From: Lingula anatina
Lineage: Eukaryota > Animalia > Brachiopoda
Length of the DNA: 64,000 bases
Assembly (NCBI GenBank): GCA_051362555.1
Contig: CM120647.1
Coordinates: 16,654,651-16,718,650 of the forward strand
Direction: 5' to 3'
Shown: piece by piece, positions 60,799 through 64,000 of the stretch
How positions within the stretch are numbered: position 1 is the stretch's first letter
Layout of the letters: each line of letters begins with the position of its first letter
Program-made: the position numbers and the translations under genes
The notes under the pieces: model-generated
What the model saw: the letters and a program-made list of their open reading frames with translations, nothing else
Told to the model about the DNA's origin: nothing
Databases searched by the model: none

Positions 60799-62830
60799 TC
60801 ATATTTTTCAAAAAACTAGAGCATTGCTATGGAGTAGTAGCAACAAAACTAAAAGCAGGCTACTCCATACTTCGATTCTGTGCAGTGAGAGCACAACAAA
60901 TGCTATATAGAAATGGAAGTTTTGTGTTGATAAAATTATGCATCTGAAAATTTGATAATTTTTGCCCGTTGAAATGATTGAGTCATTACCGTAGTCTCTG
61001 ATTCGATGCAACAAGAAATGGCATTACAAGTTACTGTGCCAATGTATACTTAAATCACAGCCTATAACCAACAATATCTAAGCGGGGGGATGGGTGCTTT
61101 TCAAAAACTGTGGACTTTTTTACTCCCTTAAGCCTAGGTCCCAACTACGTTTTGGACGCACGTTTTTTTAGGTGCGTCCAGCTAGGATGTAGCTAGATCG
61201 AAGGAATCAAGGACGTAGGACGTAGCTAGATCGAAGGAATCAAGTAATTGGTGGAAAGTTTCTACGTGCTGTTTGCGTCCTCCAAAAGTCACAAAATGGA
61301 CGTGCTTCTCACGCACGAACTCGTTTTCCCCATTTCTTTGGTCGTAGACCACACGTAGCAGCCCGTACGTTCGGTTTGGACCTAGGCTTTAGTTAACACA
61401 GCTCGAGATGTGACATAGAACCTTGAACATATTTTGATTCAGAGCGGACCTTTTCGTGCTTAACAAGTGACGTTTTCGTAACCATCGGGGCCATGTACAT
61501 TTCCCAAAGTAAAATCATGTATTTTGAAATATATCATTGAACTTGGACTTGCTACCTCCAATGCATATCCCAACGCACTTTTTCAGTTGGTGAACCTTCC
61601 GTCTCCCCATGGCAACTGTGGCGAGAGAAAGCTGGCTTATTACAGAAAGTACAGCAAAGTAAACTGCCGTGCAGAATGCCTGTATGTATCTATGGTGTAA
61701 GCAGTTGAAATGGCGGTCGTAAAGTCTGTGAACGTAGGTCAACCTCAAGGCAACCATTTAAACACACACACAGAAAAAAAAACATGGTAACTTGGTCAGT
61801 GTCGTAGAGTGACTGTAAGTATCAATGCTATCACAATGATAGGCCTAATGAAAGGATCCGTTTAGACAAAAACATAAAATTTCAATAGTCAGATAATATA
61901 AATAAATCTACATTTAGCCGATGACGTTAGGATGATCTTCGGTCAAATTTTCTTGGTTTGAACACGTCTGAAGTTCAGTTTGTGGAATTATTTAGAAAAA
62001 AAAATAACTGTCGCAAAGCAGTGTGATAGCAATACAAATACGAATTTTGCAAAAATAGTTAAGATTATAAATGATGGATAAGTAAAAATGAGAAGAATAG
62101 TTCTTATTATAATTATTATTATTCTTTATTAGACTTTTAATAATAATAATAATAATAATAATAATTATTATTATTATTATTATTATTTTAAAATTAAAAC
62201 ATGAAATGTTCTGAAGCAAACCATGGACGTGTAGCAGCGCTAATGTTTGTTTACATTGAAAGTCTTGCAATTTATTTTAGAAAAAAAGCTTTCCAGTTCA
62301 TGCAATTTCAACTTTCCAGACACAACATGACTTTGAAAACATGCGGCTGCCGAATGGTATACTATCCAAAGGTCAGAGGTTACAGAGACTGTTCCCCGCG
62401 TGACATCATCACGTGTTATTTCCCGCTGTCAGAAAACACGACCCAGATAAAGCGACAGTGTGGCTGCATAGCACCATGCGAGATTTTGTATTTTGACTAC
62501 AGCATCTCCAGTTCTAAAATGTCTCCAAAAGCAATATCATCGGAGTTAAACAGAACAGCAGAATCCGTTGAAAAAGACTTCGTCAGCGTGGCGTTATACT
62601 ACACGGATATGACGTACGAGGAAGTGGTTCAACAAGAAGCCTACAGCACGCTGACTTTGTTTGCTGACATAGGAGGAGCTCTTGGCCTCGTTCTGGGTAG
62701 CACCTTAATGACACTAGCCGAAATACTGGATTTCATCTTTGGGTTATGTGTTTGGAAGATTTCGAGATGGAAAAATAAGATTTTGAACACCTTCAGAAAG
62801 CAAGAAGCAAAAGACAGCAGGCGTGTGTGA
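58055..62830 (+). CDS. DEG/ENaC (ASIC-like) amiloride-sensitive channel family subunit, 466 aa
   Basis: Exons 58055-58552, 59320-59404, 59778-59890, 60494-60592, 61587-61681 and 62320-62830 (1401 nt, phase-consistent). Motifs RRAIW plus TM1, FPTVTVCN, TEFGLCHQF, YGLELFLD, NLPSPHGNC, Cys-rich thumb CGC...CGCIAPC, and TM2 LFADIGGALGLVLGSTLMTLAEILD. Confidence 0.93.
59406..59478. repeat. (TA)n microsatellite starting at the exon 2 donor
   Basis: GGAG|GTATATATA... run of about 36 units. Confidence 0.95.
60290..60458 (+). mobile_element. CAG-ended MITE family C copy
   Basis: TIR CAGGGGCGGAT...ATCCGCCCCTG; flanks TAACC and TAACT. Confidence 0.8.
61131..61388. mobile_element. PIF/Harbinger-type MITE, 258 bp
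   Basis: TTA|AGCCTAGGTCCCAAC...GTTTGGACCTAGGCT|TTA; internal direct duplication of GTAGCTAGATCGAAGGAATCAAG. Confidence 0.85.
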
Positions 62831-63809
62831 TTTTCTTACGTTAAAAGCACTGGATGCATGTACATATATCCGGTGGAACTGCCCCAAAGTCAAATCTGTT
62901 CCCCGCGCAAAGTTTCTCATCTTTCCCAATGTAGAACAAACGGTAGACACTTTCAAGTAAAATTGTGAAGCATTCTTAATGTCGATACAAAATATGAGGG
63001 GTGGACCATTTGTACTAGTCTAAATAGTTGTCTTGCTGACGTGGGGGACTATAGTAAAATGTGTCTAATGTTTTGTCTGTTTTTACTGACATAATTCGTG
63101 TAAGGTTAAGTAATGGTCTGTAAACCTGTAGTTAAGTCATTTAATGGACATGACCAAATCGCGATGAAATTAAAAATAAACAGCTAAAAAATTCAAGTGT
63201 CTTTCATTTAAAAAAGCAACGATGTATATTTTTCTGTTTGCTTAAAAACCTCACAACGTATTTGGTTTTGTAAATAAATTGAACATTCCCTTTTTCTGGC
63301 ACAAATGCAGGTGGCATTTAAATCAAAACAGCTTTATGTATAGCGTTTGTGAATGAATGATAATAAATGAACGGAAACACCGCGCTGAATTATACTGGTT
63401 CTTTTGAAGTGAAAAAAGGAAAATAAGCCTTAATCAACGTTACTGACGGTTTTGAAACCACAAAAATAAAGGTATAATTATTATTTGAATAACTTGGTCC
63501 ATAAAGAATGGGAGCTAATGATGAAAAACGCAGGTAGGTAATTGTGAATTGGTCTCTACAAGAAAGTACCTGCTAAGAGAATTACATATAGAACAACACG
63601 TTATCTTGGGACACAAACCTCTCTCAAATCAAACAAGAGCAACCGAGATCTAAGGTAAAAATTTGCAGGTTTTTCTCTTCTAATTTTTCCGTTTCATTTC
63701 TAGAATGTTTGTTCACATTCGTTTATAGAGGTTTGGGTGCGTACTTTTGTCTGAAAATCAATGATGACATTTGAAATGACTAGCCTAATTCAAATGATAT
63801 AGGTGCTTG

Positions 63810-64000
63810 AAACAAAACATGGACGTGTAGCAGCGTGAATGTACACTTTTATTTTAATGAAACTGAAGTCTCGCAGTGTATTGTAGAAAAATAGCTATTG
63901 CGTTTAAACTTACGAGTTCATGCAATTTCAACTTTTCAGACACAATATGACTTTGAAAACGTGCGGCTGCCGGATGGTATTCTAGCCAGAGGTCAAAGGT
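63810..64000 (+). pseudogene. Duplicated intron end plus start of the last DEG/ENaC exon, with a premature stop
   Basis: CATGGACGTGTAGCAGCG and GTTCATGCAATTTCAACTTT.CAG copy 62222-62319. The exon copy from 63940 reads HNMTLKTCGCRMVF*PEVKG with TAG at 63983-63985, versus HNMTLKTCGCRMVYYPKVRG. Runs off the window. Confidence 0.85.

Noticed and set aside
27848-62270. Short ORFs with VC, LS, YI, poly-I and poly-F runs
   Set aside because: Translations of (TG)n, (CT)n, (TA)n, (AAT)n and poly-T tracts; only the parts overlapping the exons listed above are real coding sequence.

Overview
AT-rich, intron-rich animal genomic DNA, probably a spiralian invertebrate such as an annelid or mollusc (inferred from the repeat and gene families, not proven). 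Genes, left to right: last coding exon of a DENND3-like gene; a single-exon TRIM-NHL pseudogene split by a 3.8 kb RTE retrotransposon with a clean 13-bp target-site duplication; decayed minus-strand exons of a CaRF/ALS2CR8-like gene; NDUFAF8 (3 exons, +); PTRHD1 (2 exons, -) head-to-head with a 25-exon KIAA0319/KIAA0319L (AAVR)-like receptor gene; and a 6-exon DEG/ENaC channel gene followed by a dead copy of its last exon. Mobile DNA includes a 3.5 kb Academ-like element with ~630-bp inverted arms, Helentron-type satellite-bearing elements, PIF/Harbinger-type MITEs and CAG-ended MITEs. No rRNA, intact tRNA or CRISPR array was seen. The most unusual observations are a stop-containing duplicate exon head that could give a secreted AAVR-like isoform, non-canonical gating and filter motifs in the channel, and a 54/84-bp periodic motif array inside the Academ-like element. 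I found no clearly new biological system. All exon models were read by eye, without expression data or database searches.
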